A DNA stretch of 53,067 bases from Candidatus Yanofskybacteria bacterium RIFCSPLOWO2_02_FULL_41_13. Lineage in GTDB: Bacteria > Patescibacteriota > Minisyncoccia > 2-02-FULL-40-12 > GWA2-44-9. Positions within the stretch are counted from its first letter, which is position 1. Each line of letters opens with the position of its first letter. Both the position numbers and the translations under genes were made by a program. A model generated the notes under the pieces. It did not search any database. It was not told the origin of the DNA and saw only the letters and a list, made by a program, of their open reading frames with translations. Below are positions 36,489 through 43,744 of the stretch, one piece after another. Location of the stretch: assembly GCA_001795735.1 (NCBI GenBank), contig MGKQ01000014.1, positions 5,625 to 58,691 of the forward strand. Direction: 5' to 3'.

Positions 36489-36998
36489 ATGAAGACACCA
36501 TGGCTCATTCAGCGTTGCGAACTTGGCAACGGGAAACTCAAGTACGACTACATGGGTTCCACGGAGTTTGAGGTCGGTGACCAATCAAAGTCCCTCAAGC
36601 GAATCTTCGCCCAAGGGATCGAGACAGGTGTAACGACGATCAATGTCGAATCGGCGCAGACCACGTTAAGCGCGGGCGGTGGCATGACATCGCAGTCAAC
36701 CTATCGTCAGTTCGCCGACGTCCGTGTCTATATGGTGGCCGGCAAGGGATTCAATTTCGCCGACTACCAGACCTATCTGCAGCAGCTCGCAGACCACAAG
36801 TTGCGTCTGCAGGAAGGGACCTATTTCGATTACAGGGTCAAGGCACAAGTGGGCAACAAGCCTGAACTTCGTTCCTTCTCGCTGACCAACGCCTGGTTCG
36901 ATTTCCAGAACGATGTCCTCTGGACCCTTACGGAGGACGACCAGAAAAACCTCCTCTCGGTCCTCGAGGATATCAAGCAGACCTGGGCGTCGAAGTAG
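36489..36998 (+). CDS. Hypothetical protein with DYMGSxEFE motif
   Basis: SD AGGAGG; YDYMGSTEFEVG. Confidence 0.75.
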   Translation: MKTPWLIQRCELGNGKLKYDYMGSTEFEVGDQSKSLKRIFAQGIETGVTTINVESAQTTLSAGGGMTSQSTYRQFADVRVYMVAGKGFNFADYQTYLQQLADHKLRLQEGTYFDYRVKAQVGNKPELRSFSLTNAWFDFQNDVLWTLTEDDQKNLLSVLEDIKQTWASK

Positions 36999-37012
36999 TA
37001 AGCGGTAGTTAA

Positions 37013-37067
37013 AAGCTCCGCACAGAGAAGTTCCAAACTTCGTCTTGTGCGGAGCTTCTTTGTTTTT
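37013..37067 (+). terminator. Intrinsic terminator
   Basis: AAGCTCCGCACA/TGTGCGGAGCTT stem followed by CTTTGTTTTT. Confidence 0.75.
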
Positions 37068-37111
37068 ATTATCTGTTCAATTTACCTAATTTCTGTTAAT
37101 TTCTAATAATT

Positions 37112-37570
37112 ATGAGTAATTCAAAACAAAAATTAATCGAACTTCAAAAAGAGGACAAATATTTATTCCATGGTTCACCAGCTAAAGATATAAAGGAGTT
37201 GGAGCCTCGTCAGTCATATACTATTCCAAAAGGTAAAACAGAGCCAATTAAAGATGGGCCGTCATCAGTATCAGCCACTCCTTATTTAGAGGTGGCAATT
37301 TTTAGGGCAATAGTAGTTAATGGCAGGAGCAGTTTTAGCGTGTCGGCGAATACAATAGAAGATGCTGTAATAAAATTTACTGCTAACCAAGAGGCAATCG
37401 AGGATGCTAAAAATAGAACGAGCTATATATATGTTTTGGATAGAAAAGATTTTACACCGAGAACCGGTAATGCTCATGCTATGGAATGGATATGTGAAAA
37501 CCCGGTAAAACCTATTTCAGTTTTTGAAGTTAATTTCAGCGATCTCTCTAGCGAGATTGAAATTATATAA
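37112..37570 (+). CDS. Putative ADP-ribosyltransferase-fold protein
   Basis: YLFHGS...ELEPR...VSATPYLEVA...YIYVL pattern resembling H-G-S/T ART-fold proteins; inference. Confidence 0.5.
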   Translation: MSNSKQKLIELQKEDKYLFHGSPAKDIKELEPRQSYTIPKGKTEPIKDGPSSVSATPYLEVAIFRAIVVNGRSSFSVSANTIEDAVIKFTANQEAIEDAKNRTSYIYVLDRKDFTPRTGNAHAMEWICENPVKPISVFEVNFSDLSSEIEII

Positions 37571-38239
37571 ATGATTACAAAAGAAGAATTTTACGAACGC
37601 TATGTAAATCATTGGATGAGGAGCGATATTAACTCCATGCGAAATCATGGTAATAATTTCCCCTTGGCTCTATGTACCCTTTCATATATAGAATTCTTAG
37701 GAAGTATTCTTACGGGCAATGGAAAACTCTATAGAGATAATGTAAAAAAATATATAGATGAATGCTTTAATAAGAAAGATTATGACATAAACATACTTTG
37801 GGACGTATTTAGAAATGGACTAGCTCATGACTATTTTCCAAGGGGAGGAGTAAGTAAGGAGGGTCCTGGTCCTATGCTTAAAATTGATAACAAAATGGTA
37901 TTGAATATTATGGATTTTTCGAAAGAATTCTTAGATTCATTAGATCAATTTAAAATCACTTTAGACAAGGAAGAAAATATAAAAAACTTTGGTGCCAGAA
38001 TAAAAGAAATGACGGATCGGACAGCAGAACTTGAGACAGATCATTTACATAAATTAACCGAGTTTATTTTTCCTGTACAAGCAAGAGACTCGACTGGGTC
38101 TATTTTTACCGAAATCGCTCCTTCATCGGGTCCAACTAAACTCGTCTCTCAAACTATTGCAGGTTATCCTATGGCCATTTCCGCTTTAGATAATGGCGTA
38201 GTAATAAAAGAACAGGAGCACGACAGAAACTCCGAATGA
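37571..38239 (+). CDS. Putative HEPN-domain protein
   Basis: Helical protein with FRNGLAH (RxxxxH); abuts previous ORF (TAA|ATG). Confidence 0.6.
   Translation: MITKEEFYERYVNHWMRSDINSMRNHGNNFPLALCTLSYIEFLGSILTGNGKLYRDNVKKYIDECFNKKDYDINILWDVFRNGLAHDYFPRGGVSKEGPGPMLKIDNKMVLNIMDFSKEFLDSLDQFKITLDKEENIKNFGARIKEMTDRTAELETDHLHKLTEFIFPVQARDSTGSIFTEIAPSSGPTKLVSQTIAGYPMAISALDNGVVIKEQEHDRNSE
38217..38238 (+). repeat. 22-bp motif, direct-repeat copy B
   Basis: AGCACGACAGAAACTCCGAATG; forms the last codons of the HEPN-like ORF. Confidence 0.95.
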
Positions 38240-38316
38240 CGTTACCAAGTCCTAACAAATTGAAATGGCCAATAGCCGGAAACTGCCATAATTGCGGAAT
38301 GTAAGTCCTTCAACCC

Positions 38317-38482
38317 CCGCAACAGAGTAGGGCTAATGGACGAGAAGTCGCCCGTTTGTCTTTTGCCAGTGCGGTTTTTTGACAGGTCCCAACCGACCAT
38401 TACTAGATTTCGACTCTTTTACAATGGTTTGAACCGGGAATATCACGTTATCCAAGTCCAACGTGAGTTTCTTATAGAAAAA
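38317..38482 (-). pseudogene. C-terminal remnant of a third serine recombinase
   Basis: Manual: KKLTLDLDNVIFPVQTI...LGPVK[+1 frameshift in A6]NRTGKRQTGDFSSISPTLLR, matching recombinase 2 KKLSISLDNVLFPLQII...FEPLS...TDTFVSASPSLLR; crosses the third core. Confidence 0.85.
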
Positions 38483-38530
38483 GAAAAAGGGACCTGACCC
38501 CTTTTATTTTTCGATAAAAAATGTTGACTG

Positions 38531-38612
38531 CGGAGGGTGCAGGACTTGAACCTGCAAGGGATTGCTCCCGCTGGTTTTCGAAACCAGTGCCATACCATTA
38601 GGCGAACCCTCC
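38531..38612 (-). tRNA. tRNA-Ser (CGA)
   Basis: GGAGGGT/ACCCTCC, G73, anticodon arm CTGGT-TTCGAAA-ACCAG, long variable arm. Confidence 0.95.
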
Positions 38613-38662
38613 CTATGACTAAACTTAATTCAAATTAAAAATATCATTACCCCCACATAAAG

Positions 38663-38686
38663 AAAAGGCCTCTCCGAAGAGAGGCT
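38663..38686 (-). terminator. Terminator after tRNA-Arg
   Basis: Minus strand GCCTCTC-TTCG-GAGAGGC then CTTTT. Confidence 0.7.
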
Positions 38687-38763
38687 TGGCGAACCAGACA
38701 GGATTTGAACCTGTGACCCTCGGCTTAGAAGGCCGATGCTCTATCCAGCTGAGCTACTGGTTC
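38687..38763 (-). tRNA. tRNA-Arg (TCT)
   Basis: GAACCAG/CTGGTTC, loop CTTCTAA, encoded CCA. Confidence 0.95.
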
Positions 38764-38775
38764 GCAAAAGAGAAA

Positions 38776-38847
38776 TGGGCCGCGCAGGGATCGAACCTGC
38801 GACTCTCCGGTTAAAAGCCGGGTGCTCTACCGCTGAGCTAGCGACCC
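38776..38847 (-). tRNA. tRNA-Lys (TTT)
   Basis: GGGTCGC/GCGGCCC, loop CTTTTAA. Confidence 0.95.
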
Positions 38848-38859
38848 ATGAGAGAGAAA

Positions 38860-38944
38860 TGCCGGAGATCGGACTCGAACCGATACGCCCTTTCGGACAG
38901 GGAGTTTTAAGCCCCCTTTGTCTGCCATTCCAATACACCCCGGC
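38860..38944 (-). tRNA. tRNA-Leu (TAA), atypical acceptor-D linker
   Basis: GCCGGGG/CTCCGGC, loop CTTAAAA, long variable arm. Confidence 0.88.
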
Positions 38945-38953
38945 ACAAGAAAG

Positions 38954-39247
38954 CTACTTACGACCGCCAAACCGTACGTTTATCTGCCACTTATCGTGAT
39001 AGATCACGTTCAGTCGAGGATCGTTTTCTTTCAGAGAGATAACTCGGGCAATCACACCCATGGAACGAAGTGCGCTCAAAGTTCTGTGACCATACTTCTG
39101 CCACCCAGCCTCGGTAAAGAAGAAGCGGGCACTCTTGTTTTCGAGGCGCTTCCACTTCCTGTTTTGCACCGGCAAGCCGGCATCACATAGAGCTTCCCAC
39201 AAATCAAGACGGTTCATCCAGTCGCTCGATTCGATACGCCTATACAT
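38954..39247 (-). CDS. 97-aa hypothetical protein inside the tRNA array
   Basis: ATG at 39247 preceded by GGAGGAGGAG; the longer ORF-track start lies inside a tRNA. Confidence 0.7.
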   Translation of the reverse strand: MYRRIESSDWMNRLDLWEALCDAGLPVQNRKWKRLENKSARFFFTEAGWQKYGHRTLSALRSMGVIARVISLKENDPRLNVIYHDKWQINVRFGGRK

Positions 39248-39297
39248 CTCCTCCTCCCAAAGATTAAAAGAACAATTACACCCTTCTAAAAGAAGGG

Positions 39298-39374
39298 TGG
39301 TGGGCCCAGCAGGGGTCGAACCTGCAACCAACCGGTTATGAGCCGGACGCTCTGCGCTATTGAGCTATGGGCCC
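39298..39374 (-). tRNA. tRNA with CAT anticodon, most likely Ile2 (lysidine type)
   Basis: GGGCCCA/TGGGCCC, loop CTCATAA, encoded CCA, no initiator features; D-loop lacks GG. Confidence 0.85.
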
Positions 39375-39413
39375 CCTCCCCAGTTTTTTTCTAAAACTGG
39401 GGAGGGGGCCCAT
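39367..39413. repeat. Perfect 21-bp inverted repeat overlapping the tRNA 5' end
   Basis: ATGGGCCCCCTCCCCAGTTTT-TTTCT-AAAACTGGGGAGGGGGCCCAT. Confidence 0.9.
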
Positions 39414-39416
39414 CAA

Positions 39417-40970
39417 CTACTTAACCGGTTGAAAAATATCTGACCGGCCCATCGGTGGATCAATCTTCTCAAACGTCGGAGGAATTCCAACAAAACCATA
39501 AATATCTTTTTCTTTGTCCTGATTTCTGCCATTTCTCATCGATACGAATTTATATGCTAACAAAGCGATTAAGACAATGAGGCCAAGAACTACCAGCCAA
39601 GTTGAAGCCGAATCGGAAAGAAAGCCAAGTAAAGAAACTTGTTCACCGGAATCAAGTTCTTCGACAATGGCAGTTAGATATGAGGTAGTGGCAAGCTGAG
39701 TTCCTAATCTATCTTTATACCCCAGAACAGAAGTAAATATAATATTAGCTCCGGATTTAGTCGTCTCTTTAACTTTTACTACAACTATAACTGATCCTCG
39801 GCTTCCGGGAGAAATATGGCCTAGGTTAAATTCAACGACATTTCCGGATACTCTAACCTGTTCAATGCTGGCGCTGACAAAATCAGCTTCAATCGGAACA
39901 ATAGCTTTTAGAGCGGTCTCATTAAAAGAAGAAGTGCCGTCGTTTTTATAAACTATCGTATAGCTGAACTCTTCTCCCGGTTTAGGCTTGGCGTTATCAG
40001 CTTCAACCACCAGAGCTCCTTCGTCGGCCAAGGAGTATTCCAGAGATATAAAAGATGGCCGCTGATTTACCTGATTTACTCCAGAATTAATTGAGGTTTC
40101 AACATTGCCGGAGGTAGCTGTGCTAGTTGATGCCTGCGAACCATTTCCATTTCCATTCCCTGACACTGCACCCAGAACCTGGCCTTGACCACTACTAGAT
40201 GATTGGCTCAAGCCAGATCCATTAGCTCCGGTAGTGAAACTTTTAACCTCACCTCGATTTACACCATAGACATTCTGGGCAACAGTCCGATAATAATATG
40301 TTTTGCCGTTTTCAAGACCCGATAAATTGCCGGTTACAAGCAACCAAGAACTTCCGCTTCCGGCAGACTGAATGGTTGTAGTCTGACTCAAAATTTGAGT
40401 AGTCCCAAATTCAAACCAAAAAGTTGTTAAAGCTCCATTAGGATTAACACTGCCGTTTATAACCGCTGAATTAGTAGAAACAGAGGCGGGACCATTTGTA
40501 GCCACTAGGGGAGCACCCTGCGAAGATGAAGTATTAATACCGGAGCCGGAAGAAGTATTAGTATTGTTTGAATCGCTAAAATTACCCGATCCGCTATTTC
40601 CATAGGTGGTAAATGTATTAGTACTTCCGGTAGTTGAGCCATAAGAATTCCTGGCAAAAACCTGATAGGAATACGTGGTTCCCTCGAGTAAGTTAATTAA
40701 GCCCACCTCAACTCTGGACGTTCCACTTACGCCAAAATAGATTTTTTCTTTGAATATAGAGCCGGTCCAGTATTTAAAGTGAAGTTCCGTAGTGCCGCCG
40801 TTAGAATTCACAAAGACGCTTAAAGTAGCATTACGAGAACCAGCCACATTTGCAGACTCACCGCTTAATGAGGGTGCACCTTGAGCATGGGCAGGCAACG
40901 CACCAAAAACCAAAGAAAGACTTAAAAAAGCTAGTAAAATCGGGGTTAAAATTGTGTATTTAATAAACAT
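39417..40970 (-). CDS. Cell-surface protein with two FnIII-like repeats, DUF11-like domain and C-terminal TM anchor
   Basis: Signal peptide; YSYQVFARNSYG and YYYRTVAQNVYG; PKPGEEFSYTIVYKNDG; ATG 40970 preferred. Confidence 0.85.
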   Translation of the reverse strand: MFIKYTILTPILLAFLSLSLVFGALPAHAQGAPSLSGESANVAGSRNATLSVFVNSNGGTTELHFKYWTGSIFKEKIYFGVSGTSRVEVGLINLLEGTTYSYQVFARNSYGSTTGSTNTFTTYGNSGSGNFSDSNNTNTSSGSGINTSSSQGAPLVATNGPASVSTNSAVINGSVNPNGALTTFWFEFGTTQILSQTTTIQSAGSGSSWLLVTGNLSGLENGKTYYYRTVAQNVYGVNRGEVKSFTTGANGSGLSQSSSSGQGQVLGAVSGNGNGNGSQASTSTATSGNVETSINSGVNQVNQRPSFISLEYSLADEGALVVEADNAKPKPGEEFSYTIVYKNDGTSSFNETALKAIVPIEADFVSASIEQVRVSGNVVEFNLGHISPGSRGSVIVVVKVKETTKSGANIIFTSVLGYKDRLGTQLATTSYLTAIVEELDSGEQVSLLGFLSDSASTWLVVLGLIVLIALLAYKFVSMRNGRNQDKEKDIYGFVGIPPTFEKIDPPMGRSDIFQPVK

Positions 40971-41050
40971 GGTTAATGTAATATAAAATAGCTTCTCAGC
41001 TACTTTATATGATACCATATTCAGTTTAAAAAGTCAATAGTGCCCTCGGC

Positions 41051-41085
41051 ACTTCGTAGCTCCGAGCGTTAGCGAGGAGCGAAGT
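41051..41085. repeat. REP-like hairpin at the 3' side of tRNA-Ala(GGC)
   Basis: ACTTC...GCTCC-N12-GGAGC-GAAGT bulged stem. Confidence 0.55.
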
Positions 41086-41087
41086 AG

Positions 41088-41158
41088 TGGACCTACGGGG
41101 AGTCGAGCCCCGACTTCAACCATGCCATGGTCGCGTGATACCGTTTCACTATAGGCCC
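41088..41158 (-). tRNA. tRNA-Ala (GGC)
   Basis: G3:U70 pair, loop ATGGCAT; T-loop reads CTCGACT. Confidence 0.9.
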
Positions 41159-41184
41159 CTTTCTCTGTATTCTACGATACTCTG

Positions 41185-41256
41185 TGCCCTCGCCATGAGT
41201 CGAACATGGATCCAGACGCTAGGAGTGTCTTGTTCTATCCATTGAACTACGAGGGC
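41185..41256 (-). tRNA. tRNA-Arg (CCT)
   Basis: GCCCTCG/CGAGGGC, loop CTCCTAG, TTCGACT. Confidence 0.9.
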
Positions 41257-41310
41257 ATAATAGTAAATTCTTTGTAAAAATACCAGAAAAATGCTAATTT
41301 ATCAATTGTT

Positions 41311-42744
41311 ATGACTCTACCGAAAGAAATAAAAAATATATTAGGAAAGTTATCTAGGGCCGGATATGAAGGCTATATTGTGGGCGGATGCGTTAGGGAT
41401 TTACTTATGGATCGAGAACCAAAAGACTGGGATATTACTACTAATGCTAAGCCTGAAGAAATTCAGAAAATTTTCCCTGACAATGTGTATGAGAATACCT
41501 TTGGTACGGTCGGAGTAAAGACAAGCTCAGAAGACCGTGCTATTTCAATTGTCGAGATTACTCCTTACCGAATTGAAGGTAGGTACACCGACAAAAGGCA
41601 TCCTGATGAAATTAAATTTGCTGAAACGCTAGAGGAAGATTTGTCACGCAGAGATTTCACCGTAAATTCTCTGGCTATGGATGCCAAAGGAAAGCTAGTT
41701 GATTTGTTCAATGGCCAGAAAGATATAAAGTCAAAACTTATCAGAACCGTCGGACAACCTAAGGATAGATTTATGGAAGATGCGTTAAGATTATTAAGGG
41801 CAGTGAGATTTGCCACAACGTTAGATTTCAAATTAGAAGAAGGGACGCTCATGGCAGTAAAAGACAACTCTGAATGGCTGAGAGCCATATCAAAAGAAAG
41901 GGTAAGAGATGAATTCGTTAAGATAATAGAATCGGATAATGCATACGAAGGTGTTCTGCTTCTCGAAGAAACAAGTCTCCTTCAACATATTATTCCTGAG
42001 CTAAGAGAGGGGATAGATGTCGGCCAAAACTTACATCATATATATACTGTCTGGGAACATAACACTCGAGCCCTTAAATATACAGCCGATAAAAAATATT
42101 CTCTGGCCGTCCGCCTTGGAGCATTGTTCCATGACGTAGGTAAGCCCAGAACAAAAAGAGGGGACGGTAAATATTCGACCTTCTATGGCCACGACGTAGT
42201 CGGAGGTAAAATAACCGCTCAGATAATGGAAAGACTGAAATTCCCTAATGATATTTCAGAAAAAGTCATCAAGTTGGTCCGCTATCATCTTTTTTACTAC
42301 AACGTCGATGAGGTTACTGAATCTTCCGTCAGAAGGCTGATGGTAAATGTTGGCCCGGAAAATATGGAAGACCTGATCAAAATACGAGAAGCCGATAGAA
42401 TTGGCTCGGGCACCCCGAAGGCCGTGCCATATAAGCTCAGACACCTTAAATACATAATCGACAAAGTTTCTCATGATCCAATCTCGGCAAAGATGCTGAA
42501 AGTTAATGGGGAAGACGTAATGAAAGAATTAAAAACCAAGCCGGGACCGAAAATCGGCCTGATATTAAACTCTCTCCTGGCTGAAGTTCTGGATGATCCG
42601 ACAAAAAATAAAAAAGAATACCTAAGGAAAAGGGTGCATGAGTTAGATAAAAAATCTCCGGAAGAATTGAAAAAGGCCTTGGAAAAAATTGAAAAAGCAG
42701 TTGAAGAGGAAGAAAAGGAAAGAATGAAAAAATACTACGTGTAG
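41311..42744 (+). CDS. cca: CCA tRNA nucleotidyltransferase with HD domain
   Basis: VGGCVRDLL...DWDITT, EDLSRRDFTVN, EDALRLLRAVRF, LFHDVGKP. Confidence 0.92.
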   Translation: MTLPKEIKNILGKLSRAGYEGYIVGGCVRDLLMDREPKDWDITTNAKPEEIQKIFPDNVYENTFGTVGVKTSSEDRAISIVEITPYRIEGRYTDKRHPDEIKFAETLEEDLSRRDFTVNSLAMDAKGKLVDLFNGQKDIKSKLIRTVGQPKDRFMEDALRLLRAVRFATTLDFKLEEGTLMAVKDNSEWLRAISKERVRDEFVKIIESDNAYEGVLLLEETSLLQHIIPELREGIDVGQNLHHIYTVWEHNTRALKYTADKKYSLAVRLGALFHDVGKPRTKRGDGKYSTFYGHDVVGGKITAQIMERLKFPNDISEKVIKLVRYHLFYYNVDEVTESSVRRLMVNVGPENMEDLIKIREADRIGSGTPKAVPYKLRHLKYIIDKVSHDPISAKMLKVNGEDVMKELKTKPGPKIGLILNSLLAEVLDDPTKNKKEYLRKRVHELDKKSPEELKKALEKIEKAVEEEEKERMKKYYV

Positions 42745-42745
42745 T

Positions 42746-43180
42746 ATGGATAAAATCAAGATCAAAAGATTTGATAAAGAATTACCATTGCCGGAATATA
42801 AAACCGCCGGAGCGGCCGGTTTTGATTTATATGCCAGAGAGAAAACCACAATAAATCCAGGGGCGGTTGGTTATGTGCCATTAAATGTCGCCCTTGAAAC
42901 ACCTAGAGACCATTTTTTAATCTTGGCCGTCCGAAGCTCAACTCATAAACTCGGCTTAATGCCGGCCAATGGAATTGGGATAGGGGATTCTGATTTTCGG
43001 GGAGATGAAGATGAGTACAAGATAGTTTTGCTAAATTTCACAAAAAAATCTGTTACAGTAGAGCGTGGCTCCAGAATAGCCCAGGGATTATTTGTTAAAA
43101 TCACAAAAGCTAAGTGGCAAGAAGTGGATAAAATGAGTTCAAAAACCCGCGGTGGGTTTGGTTCAACGGGAAAAAAGTAA
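42746..43180 (+). CDS. dut: dUTP diphosphatase
   Basis: AAGFDL, RSS, GIGDSDFRG, RIAQG, RGGFGSTG. Confidence 0.95.
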   Translation: MDKIKIKRFDKELPLPEYKTAGAAGFDLYAREKTTINPGAVGYVPLNVALETPRDHFLILAVRSSTHKLGLMPANGIGIGDSDFRGDEDEYKIVLLNFTKKSVTVERGSRIAQGLFVKITKAKWQEVDKMSSKTRGGFGSTGKK

Positions 43181-43183
43181 ATT

Positions 43184-43254
43184 CGGGCCGGAGTATGCCG
43201 GTAGTACGCGCCCTTCGGGTGGGTGAAGACCGTGTTCGATTCACGGCGGCCCGA
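43184..43254 (+). tRNA. tRNA-Pro (CGG)
   Basis: CGGGCCG/CGGCCCG, loop TTCGGGT, TTCGATT. Confidence 0.92.
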
Positions 43255-43346
43255 CTATAAGAGATGAGCCGAGTTTTTCATTAATAACAAGGGCCCGTAG
43301 TAAAGTGGCATTACGCGGCATTCGTCCCGATTTATAAAATTTTGAA

Positions 43347-43601
43347 ATGTTTTATTGCTATATCCTTCAATCTAAACTAAATGGCGCATATTATATAGGT
43401 AGCTGTCAGAACATTGATGTGAGGGTTAAACAACATAATAAGTTTTTAGTCCCAGCTACGAAAAGATATGCTCCGTAGGTTGTTGTTTATAGACAGGAAT
43501 TTAATACCCTTAAAGATGCCGGAGAAAAAGAACTAAAAATTAAATCTTGGAAGAAAAGAAGCGCCATTGAAAAATTAATTAAAACATTTCAAAATTTTTA
43601 A
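43347..43601 (+). pseudogene. Small GIY-YIG nuclease with one in-frame TAG
   Basis: Manual: MFYCYILQS...YYIGSCQNIDVRVKQHN...TKRYAP*VVVYRQEF...EKELKIKSWKKRSAIEKLI; TAG 43476-43478 where this family usually has Trp (PW). Confidence 0.88.
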
Positions 43602-43629
43602 TAAATCGTGGATCCGCGATAACTCTGGT

Positions 43630-43700
43630 GGGCCCGTAGTTAAGTGGTATAACGCGACATTCGCATTGTCGAGGCGGGAGTTCGATTCTCCCCGGGTCCA
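43630..43700 (+). tRNA. Intact tRNA-Ala (CGC) nested in the insert
   Basis: GGGCCCG/CGGGTCC with G3:U70, CGACA-TTCGCAT-TGTCG, GGGAG-TTCGATT-CTCCC. Confidence 0.95.
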
Positions 43701-43744
43701 CATGGGCCCACCAGAGTTATCGGGACATTGCTGAGACGCGGTTT

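Larger units (their letters stand above)
26101..38323. mobile_element. Integrative element 2 (about 12.2 kb) with replication module and cargo
   Basis: CCGCAAC at 26101-26107 and 38317-38323; recombinase crosses the left core; no capsid or conjugation genes recognised. Confidence 0.8.
43325..43725. mobile_element. 401-bp palindrome-bounded insert in the anticodon (between nt 35 and 36)
   Basis: Ends TCCCGAT/ATCGGGA, no target duplication; contains GIY-YIG gene and intact tRNA-Ala. Confidence 0.8.

Noticed and set aside
34850-36501. Overlapping ORFs 34850-35056, 34936-35358, 34967-35191, 35359-35586, 35946-36176, 35988-36248, 36034-36501, 36101-36385, 36161-36349
   Set aside because: Shadow frames favoured by high GC; the chosen ORFs have SD sequences and promoters.
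29181-38238. CRISPR array from the 22-bp repeats
   Set aside because: Only four copies, kilobase spacing, mixed orientation, no cas genes.
33743-38238. Integron attC sites
   Set aside because: No GTTRRRY/RYYYAAC boxes, no attC-like hairpin in single copies, no integron integrase in the window.
21039-38323. Intact prophage
   Set aside because: No terminase, portal, capsid, tail or lysis genes recognised.
38736-39341. ORFs 38736-38999, 38741-38938, 38918-39190, 39135-39341
   Set aside because: Translations of tRNA genes or shadows of the 97-aa gene.
43476-43478. Amber recoding in the GIY-YIG gene
   Set aside because: TAG is a normal stop for several genes here (gatC, pilM, tandem HTH); a single TGG-to-TAG change is simpler.
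43325-43725. Group I or bulge-helix-bulge intron in tRNA-Ala
   Set aside because: 5' exon ends in G, insert ends in A, most of the insert is ORF plus tRNA with no room for a catalytic core; no BHB motif seen at the junctions.
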